Assembly: GCA_000146465.1 (NCBI GenBank)
Contig: CP001943.1
Length of the DNA: 64,000 nt
Strand: one strand, 5' to 3'
Part shown: positions 18,818-29,075 of the stretch, one piece after another
Numbering within the stretch: position 1 is the first letter of the stretch
How the letters are laid out: each line of letters begins with the position of its first letter
Notes under the pieces: model-generated
What the model saw: only the letters and a program-made list of their open reading frames with translations
What the model was told of the DNA's origin: nothing
The model's database searches: none
Position numbers and translations under genes: made by a program

Positions 18818-19369
18818 ATGAAGATTTTGGTCACAAGAACAGTAAAGATCCCAGAGGGCTGCATTGTGAAGCAGGAGGGGAAAGTCTTTACATTCGAGGG
18901 CCCGAAGGGAAGGATAGTCGAGGACTGTACTCGACATCCGCTAACATTTGATATCTATGAGGGGAATGTCCGAATCCGACTCTGGAATGGAAAGAGAAAG
19001 GCTGCAGCTCTTGCAATAACGGTCGAGTCTCTTTTGAAAAATGCAGTCAAGGCCGTCACAGTTGGATTTGCATACACTCTGAAAGCAGCATACAACCATT
19101 TTTCTATAAACATGGAGGTCAAGGAAGATGGAAAAGTCCTCCTTGTGAAGAACTTTCTTGGAGAGAAGAACATCAAGGTGTTTAGGATGCGTGGAGTGGC
19201 AAGGGTTAGACTGGACGAAAGGAAGGATACAATAGTGATTGAGGGCCCATCTCTGCCGGATGTTTCCCAGAGTGCAGGGACAATCTCCAACGAATGCAAG
19301 GCTAAGAACCGAGACAGCAGAGTGTTCCTTGACGGAATCTTTGTTACAGAGAGAGGCATCATGGCTTGA
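18818..19369 (+). CDS. RPL9: 60S ribosomal protein L9 (uL6)
   Basis: MKILVTRTVKIPEG…GVARVRLDERKDTIVIEGPSLPDVSQSAGTI…KDSRVFLDGIFV matches uL6. The ATG is preceded by AAAAATTTTATCCCTA. Confidence 0.85.
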   Translation: MKILVTRTVKIPEGCIVKQEGKVFTFEGPKGRIVEDCTRHPLTFDIYEGNVRIRLWNGKRKAAALAITVESLLKNAVKAVTVGFAYTLKAAYNHFSINMEVKEDGKVLLVKNFLGEKNIKVFRMRGVARVRLDERKDTIVIEGPSLPDVSQSAGTISNECKAKNRDSRVFLDGIFVTERGIMA

Positions 19370-19448
19370 GTAAAGGTCGTACTTTATTTTATATTTAGTT
19401 TTTGAAATGCTATTTTTTCTGAGCCTATTCTTTAAGATCTCAACCCTC

Positions 19449-19916
19449 TCAGTTGGCCTGGGCTTCTTTTTTCTTGGCCTTTGTGGTGTGGCTTTCGAAG
19501 GAAACTTCACTTTCAAGCAGGGTTGCGTGTCTTTCGATGTATTCCAGATCGCTTTCCTTGTTTGCCTCCTGTCCTGTCAGGATTCTGTCTTTGATGAAGA
19601 AGTCTTCTCTTCTCTTCCTTATATCAAGTATCTTTGGAATGCTGGAAAGCGTCTTTTGCACCTCTTTGCGGTCGTATATGCGCGGCTCGTTGAGGCGGTG
19701 CTCGAACTCCAGGATGGGGTCGTTACAAAGCTCCTTGTTGGCCATCTTTCTCGATATCTTTGTCCATTTGACTTTCCTTGGATTGACACGTCTCTCAAAG
19801 AGTTTTCTGCACTTTGATCTGCAGAATCTAAAGACTTTTGCATCGTTCCGGACATAGACTGTTCCATGGCCTTGGTATATATTTGACGAGCAGAACCAGC
19901 ACTTTTCAATCCTCAT
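19449..19916 (-). CDS. RLP24: Ribosome biogenesis protein RLP24 (L24e-like)
   Basis: MRIEKCWFCSSNIYQGHGTVYVRNDAKVFRFCRSKCRKLFERRVNPRKVKWTK is near-identical in pattern to RLP24. Confidence 0.8.
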   Translation of the reverse strand: MRIEKCWFCSSNIYQGHGTVYVRNDAKVFRFCRSKCRKLFERRVNPRKVKWTKISRKMANKELCNDPILEFEHRLNEPRIYDRKEVQKTLSSIPKILDIRKRREDFFIKDRILTGQEANKESDLEYIERHATLLESEVSFESHTTKAKKKEAQAN

Positions 19917-19968
19917 TTTACCCCTCCATCCATCTGGAATTTCTATACAGTTGTCCCAAATATTTTAA

Positions 19969-21297
19969 TTAAACAGCAATAGAAGACACCTCTCCAGTCT
20001 TCGTCTTTACCTTGGCAATAATCTCAAAGAGCTCATTCCTATTCATTACCACATATCCCCCGAGTCTTTCTCTCCTGTGGAAGAGCTCAGAGGAGATTGG
20101 AGGGTCGTCTGTTGTCACGATAAATCTATCCTCGAGATATCCCTGAAAAATAATCATCTGCCTGAAAGAGGGACTGTACCTTCTTCTTATGTACATGTCG
20201 AAATAGTGCTCGAAAAGGTGTACCAGAACGCCTATTGCCATTCCCTTCAGAGTCTCGGAAATGTTGATCCTGAAGAGGAGGATATTTCCAAGTTTCCGGA
20301 TGTTGGCAAGGCTGTCTCTGTATATCCAGATAAGTTCGTGGTGAATCTTAATACTTTCTTTCATTCCCAGAACCTCTCTACTTGACAGACACAGAAAAGC
20401 GTCTACTCTAGCGCCTTTTAGCAGATGATGGCATATCAGAAAGAAGTTTTCTATGGGGGATACCTCGATGCCATATCCAATCTTTTTTACAAAGCATTTC
20501 CTTTTTCGGAAGTGTGACTCTATCAATGCTTTTGTGCTGTATCCAAGGTTCCCATACAGTTCATATGAGGCCTCTCTGGAAATCCCTTTTCTTGCAAGGT
20601 ACTCACAGATTCTTTGGGCCTCAGCGCTTTTGTTCTTCTTGTAGTATATCTTGTTGCTGACAACAAATGGAATATCATTCTGAAGTGCTGAAAACAGGGA
20701 CGTAAAGTTCAGAAAGGAAATACAAGGTCTTTCGACGTAATACAGCCCATCGGTGTCTGTCAAAACACCGGCCCTTTGGATCTCAAACACGAGATCTGCA
20801 TGTAGCTCTCGACAACCTGCACATATGCTGTCTGAGAAGTTGCTTTCATTCTCTAGATCATCGACCGGCGTGAGGTCCTTTGTAAATATTCTGTGGAACC
20901 CAAAGCACACGATCATGGCCCATAGAACATCGGTAGTGACGTAGTTCATAGCCTTTGCTAGGGAGTATGCCAGCATGCATGAATGAATCCAGTTGGGCTT
21001 GCAGGTGCATACAAACCAGGAGCCTTGGAGCGAAGAGTTTTCTTGGCCACAAAGAGAAAGGAAATTCTTACATTCTCTGGGATCCAGGTCTATGAACACA
21101 TTTAAATCTTGGTCGGAGTGGTGCTCTACCTTTTCAGGCTGAAAATCCATTTCAAATCTGATAAGTTCTTTGTGGAGGATTTCTGTAATAATCTTAGCTG
21201 CACATACACTCGAAGGAATGTCTGGGATGAATATCCTTACCGACCTGTATGACTTGAACTTGTTGATGATGCCAATAGGATTCCCTATATCAAGCAT
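19969..21297 (-). CDS. CDC45: CDC45-like replication initiation protein
   Basis: N-terminal VRIFIPDIPSSVCAAKIITEIL matches the CDC45 DHH-like [22 protein letters not shown]. Internal …DVLWAMIVCFGF… matches the LWWAIVGLT region. Start set at ATG 21297 (AATAAAAAATAT…GGGCAG upstream) rather than the track's 21534. Confidence 0.65.
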   Translation of the reverse strand: MLDIGNPIGIINKFKSYRSVRIFIPDIPSSVCAAKIITEILHKELIRFEMDFQPEKVEHHSDQDLNVFIDLDPRECKNFLSLCGQENSSLQGSWFVCTCKPNWIHSCMLAYSLAKAMNYVTTDVLWAMIVCFGFHRIFTKDLTPVDDLENESNFSDSICAGCRELHADLVFEIQRAGVLTDTDGLYYVERPCISFLNFTSLFSALQNDIPFVVSNKIYYKKNKSAEAQRICEYLARKGISREASYELYGNLGYSTKALIESHFRKRKCFVKKIGYGIEVSPIENFFLICHHLLKGARVDAFLCLSSREVLGMKESIKIHHELIWIYRDSLANIRKLGNILLFRINISETLKGMAIGVLVHLFEHYFDMYIRRRYSPSFRQMIIFQGYLEDRFIVTTDDPPISSELFHRRERLGGYVVMNRNELFEIIAKVKTKTGEVSSIAV

Positions 21298-21491
21298 CTG
21301 CCCTGAATTGTGGATATTTTTTATTGAATGACTGAATAGGATTGTAAAGCCATAAAGGCTGTTCAAAGGTGTGTGTGGGAGAGCATCAGGGGTTTTCCAC
21401 GGATTAGCAACCCTTCTGAATGAATAGATACTTCTGCCGGGAGATTTTGCTTCTTGAAGAGATAACAACAGAGCTCTTGGGATCCAAGGAA

Positions 21492-21767
21492 ATGGATGAG
21501 GAGACAACCCACAAGGCCAAGCTGCTGCTAACAATAAAGGACAAGCTCAATGAGAAGATGATGGAGATGGAGGAGTACTATATGAAGAGAATAGAGTTCT
21601 ACAGGGAAAATGATGGGACAAGGGCAAAGGAATTGGAGAAACAGACAGAAGAATGCAACGAGAAGTATCTAGGGCTTCTGATACGAGCAAAGGAGCTCGG
21701 ACATCAGATAGAAAGACTTGAGATAAAGGGCCTTCGAAATAAATCTTGTGCCGGAAATGAGTTGTGA
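21492..21767 (+). CDS. Small coiled-coil protein (hypothetical)
   Basis: 91-aa charged heptad-rich ORF. It fills what would otherwise be a 690-bp gap between CDC45 and the next gene. Confidence 0.3.
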   Translation: MDEETTHKAKLLLTIKDKLNEKMMEMEEYYMKRIEFYRENDGTRAKELEKQTEECNEKYLGLLIRAKELGHQIERLEIKGLRNKSCAGNEL

Positions 21768-21984
21768 GAGGCTATCTTGCAATTTTCCTATATTGGAATA
21801 AGGGGAAGAGCGAAGCAGGGTAAGAGAGTCCTTCGGCGCAGAAGTGAGTAAAACAAGTGATTTTGAGCAGAAAACTTTGATTCTGCCTGTCTACGGTTCT
21901 TTGGGGGAAGCCAAGAGAAGGGTCTCCTTTTACCCTTTTGCACCCTGTGATAAAATATAAAAAGAAGAGGGAAAGAGGGGTTGA

Positions 21985-23151
21985 ATGGCAGGCGAGAGGG
22001 CCGAATACGGCGGGATTGCCGGTGGACAAGAATTAATTTATCATTTCCAAGAAGACAGCGATGATCTTGGGGTTGAGAAGGAGTATGAGGAGAACGAGCC
22101 CAACTCTCTTAGGCTCCGAAATTTTGTAGAGGACGAGCTGTATCAGTCTGACGGACAAATGCAGTATAGAGGGGAGGACGAAATGAGGCTTCGGTATGGG
22201 CGCAAGAAGAAGGAGAAGAGAAAGAAGAAGAAGAATGATGAAAACAAAAGGCCATCGAATAGGAAGATAGTGAATCTTCCTGCGTCTCCTCCTTATGTAC
22301 GGTTTGTAGACGGAGAGGAAAGACTATGCTTCAAGTATGTAACGAAGGTCAGCGAGTCGGCACGTGATGCGATGCCCAAGACAGATCTGGAGGATAATGA
22401 GTTCTGTGTAAGATTTGATCTTGACAGCGTGGACATCAGCAAATTGAACGAAAAGTTCAAAGCAGACAACTGTGTGTATCCCAGGGCAAATCTCCCCTAT
22501 GAGATGTATACTGGAAACAGATGGGGATTTGAGACGGAATGCAACCGACTGGCATGGCAGTTTGTTTCGTTGAATCCTGTTCTTCTGTATGGAAAGAAGG
22601 GACTTATCCAGAGAGCCGTCGACTCTTACAGAACAATCAACAAGCAGAGCAGAAATAAGAGGATTGTCAAGGAAGATCGGTTTCCTAGCGACATTGAGAA
22701 GAGGAAGCATGTTTCTGGAGCACCCTCGACGATCACGATTCAATGGACCAACAGAGGGATTTTGAAAAAATGTAAAATCCAAGTTAACATCGAAAACATA
22801 AACTATGGGAAGATCGACGATGAATTCAAGTCGAGGTTTTCTGTATTTATGGACGATTTTGATGACAAGTCGTTTGGGAAGAGCAAGTGGGAAAGCCACA
22901 ACGTAGATAACGAGCTTGCAGTAAAGATAGCTTTTCTCAATGTTGAGAACACGTCGTTTTGGAATGCCATCAAGGCGCTTGATAAGACAACTGTGCTCAA
23001 GAAGGCAATTGAAGCATATAAACAAAAGAGAGATGAGTATGCAAGCTCCGATGATGACACCGAGATGTCTGATGTTATTGCAAGCGCGCTTGGGAGCAGT
23101 CTGGGAAACTCAAAGAGCTGTAATGTTGAGAATTTTTATTTTGATAATTAG
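21985..23151 (+). CDS. Hypothetical protein with an acidic N-terminus, a KR-rich patch and a globular C-terminal domain
   Basis: 388-aa ORF. A GGG-rich, A/T-rich stretch lies upstream. No family recognised by eye. Confidence 0.4.
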   Translation: MAGERAEYGGIAGGQELIYHFQEDSDDLGVEKEYEENEPNSLRLRNFVEDELYQSDGQMQYRGEDEMRLRYGRKKKEKRKKKKNDENKRPSNRKIVNLPASPPYVRFVDGEERLCFKYVTKVSESARDAMPKTDLEDNEFCVRFDLDSVDISKLNEKFKADNCVYPRANLPYEMYTGNRWGFETECNRLAWQFVSLNPVLLYGKKGLIQRAVDSYRTINKQSRNKRIVKEDRFPSDIEKRKHVSGAPSTITIQWTNRGILKKCKIQVNIENINYGKIDDEFKSRFSVFMDDFDDKSFGKSKWESHNVDNELAVKIAFLNVENTSFWNAIKALDKTTVLKKAIEAYKQKRDEYASSDDDTEMSDVIASALGSSLGNSKSCNVENFYFDN

Positions 23152-23204
23152 TCATGAATTTGTCTTGAATAAATGATATTGTGGAGAATGTGCATTCAAT
23201 TGTT

Positions 23205-24767
23205 ATGAAACTGTGTTTTAAGATGTTTATAGTTTTTGGTATAAAGGCTTTTCTTGCTGTAAACAATACTATGCTACTTGTGTATCTTCTGGGCTGCCTT
23301 GCCGAGATAGTGGAGCAATGCAAGCCTATCAACGAGGGATATGTACTCAGTAAGTACTTTGCTCAGTGGTGCCCGGCGTGCCAAAACATGGGGCCGCTTA
23401 TAGAGGAGATCAGTAACAAGATAGACAGGCACGAAGCAAATCTAAAAATAAGAAGTGTTGACTGTGATGAATGTTCTTGTCCAAATGTCAAAAGTTACCC
23501 GACGCTGGAGATGTCTAAGGATGGAGAGACTCTTGGAAAGCTGGAGGGTCCTCAGGATTATGACGAAATAATTGAGTTTATTGTAAACCATACTGGAATC
23601 GAGAGAAGCGTGTTTGAAGGACATGCCGCACAGAAGGAGGCCGAGGTTAGGAGGTTGAATAAGAATGACTTCCTCAGTGGGTTTGATGGTCCTCATATTG
23701 TTCTGTTCTATTCCAGAGAGGACGACAAATACAGAGAAATATTTAAGGAGATTGCAAAGATCTATAATGGAAAGCTGAATGTCGGGGAGATCGACAGTGC
23801 AGAGTCTGCAGAGTTTGTCAATAGATATGACATCAGGTCTTATCCCTCGATATCTGGAATCTATAACGGATTGGTTGTTCCTTTCATAGAGAAAGGGAAA
23901 GAGCCCAGCATGCCCAACTTGATTGAGTTCTGCGACAAGCTCATCGAACAGTCGTTCGCCAATCTGACCCTTGCCAAGTTTGGAGAGCTAGCATCGAAGC
24001 TTGAGCCTGGAGAGCCTATCTATGTGGTCTTCCATAAGAACCTTGCGCTGGCCAATGCATACTTCCAGAGGATGGCCCACATGTACAAGTTCCGGGCCAG
24101 TATATACAGGTCAGATGACCAGGCTCTATTTGAAAAGGCATCCATATTCCCTAAGGAGCTAGGCTCTGGCTCAGACACAACCTCCAGCCCCAACCATGAA
24201 GATGTTGTCATTCTCTCTGTGTATAAGAACGGGGTCTTTTACAGATACTCAGATACCTTTGGAGATGAGACAAAGATAACAGATTGGATATTCCACACCC
24301 ACTACAGGTATTTAACAAGAATCGACAATCACAACTTCTACTCCATATTCCATGGCCTCAAGCCTGTAATGATACTTCTGACAAGAGGAGAGGAGCTAGT
24401 AAACAAGATGAACGAGTTTAGTGCAGACAGACACCTAGGGGTTCCATACACAGACATGATATTTGCTACCATGGAGATCGACGAGTATCCTCTCTTTGTC
24501 CCGACACTTCTCCCAAGACTTTCCACTCCTGCATTGATTGTGTTTGAACCCTGGAGAAATCTATTCCGCCACAAAAAGGCCAAGCTCACAGAAGACAACT
24601 TCATTTCTACAGCAATGGATACCTACACTCTGTACCAAAACAACCGCCTTCCGCTTTACCCGCCAAAATCACACAATGTTTTGAAGTACTGTTTGCTCGG
24701 TGGGCTAGTTCTCGGAGTCGGATTGTACTACTCCTCCAAGGCTGGCTTTGCAAAGAAGAACAAATAA
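23205..24767 (+). CDS. Thioredoxin-domain membrane protein (PDI/TMX-like) with a signal peptide and a C-terminal TM
   Basis: FAQWCPACQNMGP thioredoxin active-site variant. Hydrophobic N-terminus MKLCFKMFIVFGIKAFLA. C-terminal TM VLKYCLLGGLVLGVGLYY followed by KKNK. The track start at 23181 is GTG. Confidence 0.65.
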   Translation: MKLCFKMFIVFGIKAFLAVNNTMLLVYLLGCLAEIVEQCKPINEGYVLSKYFAQWCPACQNMGPLIEEISNKIDRHEANLKIRSVDCDECSCPNVKSYPTLEMSKDGETLGKLEGPQDYDEIIEFIVNHTGIERSVFEGHAAQKEAEVRRLNKNDFLSGFDGPHIVLFYSREDDKYREIFKEIAKIYNGKLNVGEIDSAESAEFVNRYDIRSYPSISGIYNGLVVPFIEKGKEPSMPNLIEFCDKLIEQSFANLTLAKFGELASKLEPGEPIYVVFHKNLALANAYFQRMAHMYKFRASIYRSDDQALFEKASIFPKELGSGSDTTSSPNHEDVVILSVYKNGVFYRYSDTFGDETKITDWIFHTHYRYLTRIDNHNFYSIFHGLKPVMILLTRGEELVNKMNEFSADRHLGVPYTDMIFATMEIDEYPLFVPTLLPRLSTPALIVFEPWRNLFRHKKAKLTEDNFISTAMDTYTLYQNNRLPLYPPKSHNVLKYCLLGGLVLGVGLYYSSKAGFAKKNK

Positions 24768-24826
24768 AACCTCTTTGACATATATTATTTTGAGAGAAAA
24801 ACAAAACGGAGAAGCCTCGTCCATCG

Positions 24827-26095
24827 ATGAAGTTGATTTACATTCTAGGAGATCTGCTTATCTCGTATTGGAAAGACATCCTAAAGGTAGTCATAGAAAC
24901 ACTCGTAATTTACCTAGTGGTTCGATTTAGATATCGCTCCAATAAGGATGTTATCATTTTTCCACAGAATGTAATTGATAAACTTGTGGCTGAGTTTGAT
25001 CCCGACGACTTGGTGAAAGACGTCCCCAGCGATGTGATGCTGCCCAGCGTGTACAAGGAAGGGATGGTTGATCTGGCAAACTTCGATGTGTTTGGGTTGG
25101 CAATGGAAAACAAGAAAGAGATTGTCGAGGCCATAAGAAAATATGGAGTTGGGACTTGTGGGCCTCGGGGATTCTATGGGACTCTGGACATTCACCTGGA
25201 CCTTGAGAGGACCATTAGCAGGGAGCTTGGTGCAGAGGCTTCCATTGTGTATCCAAACAGCTTCATAGCTGTCAACAGTATCATTGCGTGCTTCTGCAAG
25301 CAGCAGGACATTGTGTTTTACCACGAGGACTGTAACGAGGCTATTCTTAGGGGGATCGGGCTGTCGAAGTCGAAGAATATTGAATTTGCAAGCATCTCGG
25401 ACCTGGAGATAAAGCTGGAGTATTTCACGAGGCCGAAGGTAAGGAACTTTGTGATTATTGAAGGCCTTTCAAAAAACACAGGAAAGATTGTAGACATTAA
25501 AAAGATATTGGAACTCAGAGACAAATACAAGTTCAGGATTATCTTGGATGAGTCCTATGCCATTCCCCTGCTCAACAAAAGAGGAGTCTGCGGGGCAAAT
25601 GGAGTAAGTATTAAGGAGATCGACATTACCATTGGATCTCTGTCCGGGGGACTCTGTTGTGGTGGAGCATTCTCCTTAGGGACTTATCACGCTGTAGATT
25701 ACCAGAAGCTGTCTGGATCTTCCTACTGTTTCTCGGCGTCTCTGCCAGGAGCCTTAGCTAAGGCTGCAATCCTGAACATTCAGAGGGAGTTCGACTATGA
25801 GGGATTGAGAAACAGAGTGGAGTTGTTTCATGCAACTTTTGAGTCCAAGACATATGAGATTATGTCTTCTCCTCTATCACCCATAGTGATTGTTGTAAAG
25901 AAGAGAGAAGTAAGGAGGCCAATGTCTAGGGAGGCACTGCTAAAGGAAGTCCTAGATATAAGAAGTGAGCTTTTAAAGAATGGAATTATTGTTGGATTCA
26001 ACCACAATCCATATCCTTCCCTAAGAATTTGTCTGAAGGCCAAGATCCCAAGGGACGATGTTACAAGGCTCGCAGTCATGTTGAATAAATGGTAA
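24827..26095 (+). CDS. LCB1: Serine palmitoyltransferase subunit, LCB1-like (class-II aminotransferase)
   Basis: GTCGPRGFYGTLDIHLDLERTISRELG is the LCB1 signature. There is an N-terminal TM and a PLP-fold core. Confidence 0.75.
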   Translation: MKLIYILGDLLISYWKDILKVVIETLVIYLVVRFRYRSNKDVIIFPQNVIDKLVAEFDPDDLVKDVPSDVMLPSVYKEGMVDLANFDVFGLAMENKKEIVEAIRKYGVGTCGPRGFYGTLDIHLDLERTISRELGAEASIVYPNSFIAVNSIIACFCKQQDIVFYHEDCNEAILRGIGLSKSKNIEFASISDLEIKLEYFTRPKVRNFVIIEGLSKNTGKIVDIKKILELRDKYKFRIILDESYAIPLLNKRGVCGANGVSIKEIDITIGSLSGGLCCGGAFSLGTYHAVDYQKLSGSSYCFSASLPGALAKAAILNIQREFDYEGLRNRVELFHATFESKTYEIMSSPLSPIVIVVKKREVRRPMSREALLKEVLDIRSELLKNGIIVGFNHNPYPSLRICLKAKIPRDDVTRLAVMLNKW

Positions 26096-26132
26096 CCAAA
26101 ATCTGTTTTATTTCTTGGAACATACATCTGTG

Positions 26133-26369
26133 TCATACCATGGCCTTCTTGGCAGGGAACTTTATAAGATCCACAATCTTCAACATCTTCGATGCTAGAG
26201 AAGACATCTCTGTGTCTAACAGAATTTCCATCAGCCCCGTGAAAATAGTCATCTGGGAGTGGTCGTACTGGCCTAAGATGTCATAGAGACACCTATCAGC
26301 TGCCTCCGGAACCTCAGAAAGGTTGCTGCTGAATATCAAGGAGTTCAGATGGACCAGACTGCTATGCAT
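26133..26369 (-). CDS. Small hypothetical protein (78 aa)
   Basis: ORF lies directly downstream of an AAATATTT…CCCC motif shared with the divergent gene at 26424. The track start at 26375 is TTG, and the first ATG is 26369. Confidence 0.35.
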   Translation of the reverse strand: MHSSLVHLNSLIFSSNLSEVPEAADRCLYDILGQYDHSQMTIFTGLMEILLDTEMSSLASKMLKIVDLIKFPAKKAMV

Positions 26370-26423
26370 CCACAAGGGGTGGTGAGAGTAGAATAAAGAA
26401 ATATTTGCAGTATGAATCCTTAA

Positions 26424-28313
26424 ATGGGAATCTGCAGGAACAAGGACTTTGTAATAGTCTCTGAGAAAAACGAAATTCTAATGATGGATATTATGACACT
26501 CTCTGTGTTCCACAGAAGAGAATGTGGAGTTAACTCACCTGTGGCATGCAGCAACGAGTATGTATTTATTGGAGATGGATGTGGGGTTATGGCACTGGGT
26601 CTTCTCGATCTGAAGGAAAGGGAGGTATGCAGAATGAAAACACCTGTAACTGCCATTTTCCACCTGGATGGGTTTATATATTGTGGAAGTGAAGAGGGAA
26701 CTATCTATGTTTATGGAGGAGGGAGAAAAGAAGATGGAGATGTGGGTGAGGGAAAGGATTCCATGGATTTTCTAGGGTCTGAGCTTTCAAACGAGATGTT
26801 TTCTATGGATGACGGGGGATTTAAGCTTGTGAAAACCATGAAACATCCTGGGCCGGTGACTCAAATTTGTAGTGATGGGACAGAAGTGTTTGTGGCGGAT
26901 ATGAGGAACAAAGTAACGGTCTATCCATCCAAGAAAACCTATGACATCAAAAACCCTAAGCTTGCTTACAAGAATTACATATTTGCAAGCGAAAGGAACA
27001 TGCTTTATTGCAAAACGCGAAATGCATTTGCAACCTACCTGACAACGGAGAAACCGATAAGTGGCTACACCTTCAGCATGAATGGAGGAGTTTTATTTGC
27101 ACAGTGTAGAGATACCGTGGATGTTGTTGACTTCAATACCAAGAAAGTTGTAAAGAAGGTGGAGGTTGCAGGGAAGTTTGTATATGATGATGTTAGAGAC
27201 AGGTTGGTGTGGTTTGATGGAAAAAGACTTGTAGCTGTTGAGAATGTTCTCGAGAGGGAATATAAGGGGATGGATGGGATAATGTTTAGAGAGGATGGAC
27301 TTGTCGAGAAGAAGATCAAGATTGATGAAGAAATGGATGAGAATATTGTAGAGAAATACAGAGAAGATGGATTGTGGAAGAAGCCTCCGAAAAGGAAGTA
27401 TTTTAGAGCATCGTCGGAGGGAGAGAATGGATTAGGAGAAGGAGGGGAAGAGAAAAAAGAAGTGGTTGATCCTGACGAATGGGTGGAAGAAGCGAAGACA
27501 AAAGGAAAGGATAGTCTTGGGAGATCCAAGTTAGAAGCAGAACCTGGGAGTCTTCTATGCTATAATACCGAGGGCTATATGACTTGTATTGGGGATGAAG
27601 AAAGAGGTAGAATAGAAATCAACTACCATGATGTTTCTCGAAGAAGAATCGAGGTGGATGGTATCCAGGGATGTACTATAGGAAGTTTTTGCCAAGATAA
27701 CATTATAGTAGGAAATGGGAAGAAGATCTTTTATATCGGGCCATCCTCTCGATGGGAGAAAGAAGTTGAGGCAAGTATTGTTTCCGTGTCTGAGAAGATG
27801 GTGGTTTCCTTCTCTGGAGAGCTTCGGGTCTTTGGCCTTGACGGGTCCGAGATGCTTAACTGTCTTATTCCAGATGTAAGTGCCATATGTTGCCGTTCCG
27901 ATATCATTGTGGTGTTTTCACGAGAGATAATTGTGATTGATCTGTTTAAATCAACCGAAAGATTCTTTCTTCCATCTCCAGTGGACTTTGCTTGCTTCGA
28001 TGAAGGTGAAAAGGTTTTTTACAGAATCAACGGGAAAATGTACCAGCTTTATAAGGGACTTTCTGTTAGGGTGTGTGAAGCCCCGAAACAACCGCTAGCT
28101 GTGTTCAAGGGGAATGTGATTTCCTTAGGGCCTTCCAGAAGGTTGTTTCCATCTCCACATGTTGAATACACCCAATTCGATGTATTTGATCCATGCAGGT
28201 CCAAGGAGCCGATGGGTTCTACTGAAGATGAAGAAGTCCTCTGCAGTGAAGATTATGAGAACAAGAATGTAGAGGTGAGTAAGAGCAAGAGGTACAACCC
28301 CCTTAAGAAATAA
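26424..28313 (+). CDS. Hypothetical beta-propeller/WD-like protein with an acidic C-terminal tail
   Basis: 629-aa ORF with repeated …GTIYVYGG…-type blades. The ATG is preceded by GAAATATTTGCAG…CC. Confidence 0.45.
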   Translation: MGICRNKDFVIVSEKNEILMMDIMTLSVFHRRECGVNSPVACSNEYVFIGDGCGVMALGLLDLKEREVCRMKTPVTAIFHLDGFIYCGSEEGTIYVYGGGRKEDGDVGEGKDSMDFLGSELSNEMFSMDDGGFKLVKTMKHPGPVTQICSDGTEVFVADMRNKVTVYPSKKTYDIKNPKLAYKNYIFASERNMLYCKTRNAFATYLTTEKPISGYTFSMNGGVLFAQCRDTVDVVDFNTKKVVKKVEVAGKFVYDDVRDRLVWFDGKRLVAVENVLEREYKGMDGIMFREDGLVEKKIKIDEEMDENIVEKYREDGLWKKPPKRKYFRASSEGENGLGEGGEEKKEVVDPDEWVEEAKTKGKDSLGRSKLEAEPGSLLCYNTEGYMTCIGDEERGRIEINYHDVSRRRIEVDGIQGCTIGSFCQDNIIVGNGKKIFYIGPSSRWEKEVEASIVSVSEKMVVSFSGELRVFGLDGSEMLNCLIPDVSAICCRSDIIVVFSREIIVIDLFKSTERFFLPSPVDFACFDEGEKVFYRINGKMYQLYKGLSVRVCEAPKQPLAVFKGNVISLGPSRRLFPSPHVEYTQFDVFDPCRSKEPMGSTEDEEVLCSEDYENKNVEVSKSKRYNPLKK

Positions 28314-28383
28314 ATGGCTTTAAATTCTCTATGAACCAGGATGCAAGGTCTGTATGTGGTGTTGGTTATTGGAGGACTTATAA

Positions 28384-28455
28384 GGTGGTATGGTCTAGTG
28401 GTATGACGCTTGCTTAGGGTGCAAGAGGTCTTGGGTTCGAGTCCCAATACCGCCC
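28384..28455 (+). tRNA. tRNA-Pro (anticodon AGG)
   Basis: Cloverleaf: acceptor GGTGGTA/TACCGCC, D-arm GTCT-AGTGGTA-TGAC, anticodon arm CTTGC-TTAGGGT-GCAAG, T-arm TTGGG-TTCGAGT-CCCAA. A TTTT terminator follows. Closely resembles eukaryotic tRNA-Pro. Confidence 0.85.
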
Positions 28456-28520
28456 TTTTGCTTGTGCTTCCAAACACAGGGGAAAGAATTCTTCTGTTCT
28501 CTCTAAAATATCCAATTAAT

Positions 28521-29074
28521 TTATTTTCGAGTCTCCTTGGACTTCTTGTTAAACTTCTCGGTATAGAACTTCAGCTCGCTTCCCTGCAGAACATGTCCCA
28601 GAGCTGCTCCTGCCTGCCCAGGTCTTGAGGTGATGATTCCATATAGATGTCCTTTTTCAAAATTCTCATGCAACTCAGGATCAGTGCTGCTTCCTATCGT
28701 CTCGATATCCTCTTTGAATGGTTCTGCCTCAATCTTAACAACAGAGCTCTTCGTTAGAGTATTGGTACGAACAAGATCGTTGGAGCTGGGATGGTACACA
28801 ACCTGCAGAAGCTTGGATGCTCTAGTCTTCCCAGTGCTGGGGAATCGAAAGTACCCAACATCCAGCCTCAAAGCCTTATATTTCTTGTTTCCACCTCTCA
28901 CTCTAACAGGAATCACCCTCCTTTCCCCTATCTTTGTTGCACTCGGCTGAGATCCTGCCCTGTTGTTGCGCTTCTTGCGGCTGATTACAGCCTTTGCTCC
29001 CGTCTTCCTACGCTTGTGGTCTCCTCGATGGTTTATTCCTAAAATTAATCTTCCTTCGGAGATCACTTACCCAT
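28521..29074 (-). CDS. RPS8: 40S ribosomal protein S8e, intron-containing. Exon 1 is 29071..29074 (ATGG) and exon 2 is 28521..29038.
   Basis: The spliced product starts MGINHRGDHKRRKTGAK…VRVRGGNKKYKALRLD…, which is eS8. In the unspliced frame a TAA sits just upstream of GINH. The ATG is preceded by CAGAAAAAATTTGCCCTGAA. Confidence 0.85.
29039..29070 (-). other. Spliceosomal intron (32 nt) in RPS8, after ATG-G
   Basis: Minus-sense sequence GTAAGTGATCTCCGAAGGAAGATTAATTTTAG. It has a canonical GTAAGT donor and a TTAATTTTAG branch/acceptor block. The phase gives M-G-I-N. Confidence 0.75.
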
Positions 29075-29075
29075 T

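Noticed and set aside
27065-27529. 154-aa Ser-rich minus-strand ORF
   Set aside because: Antisense to the acidic/Gly-rich tail of the 26424 gene (GAA/GGA repeats read as TTC/TCC). Artefact of low-complexity coding sequence.
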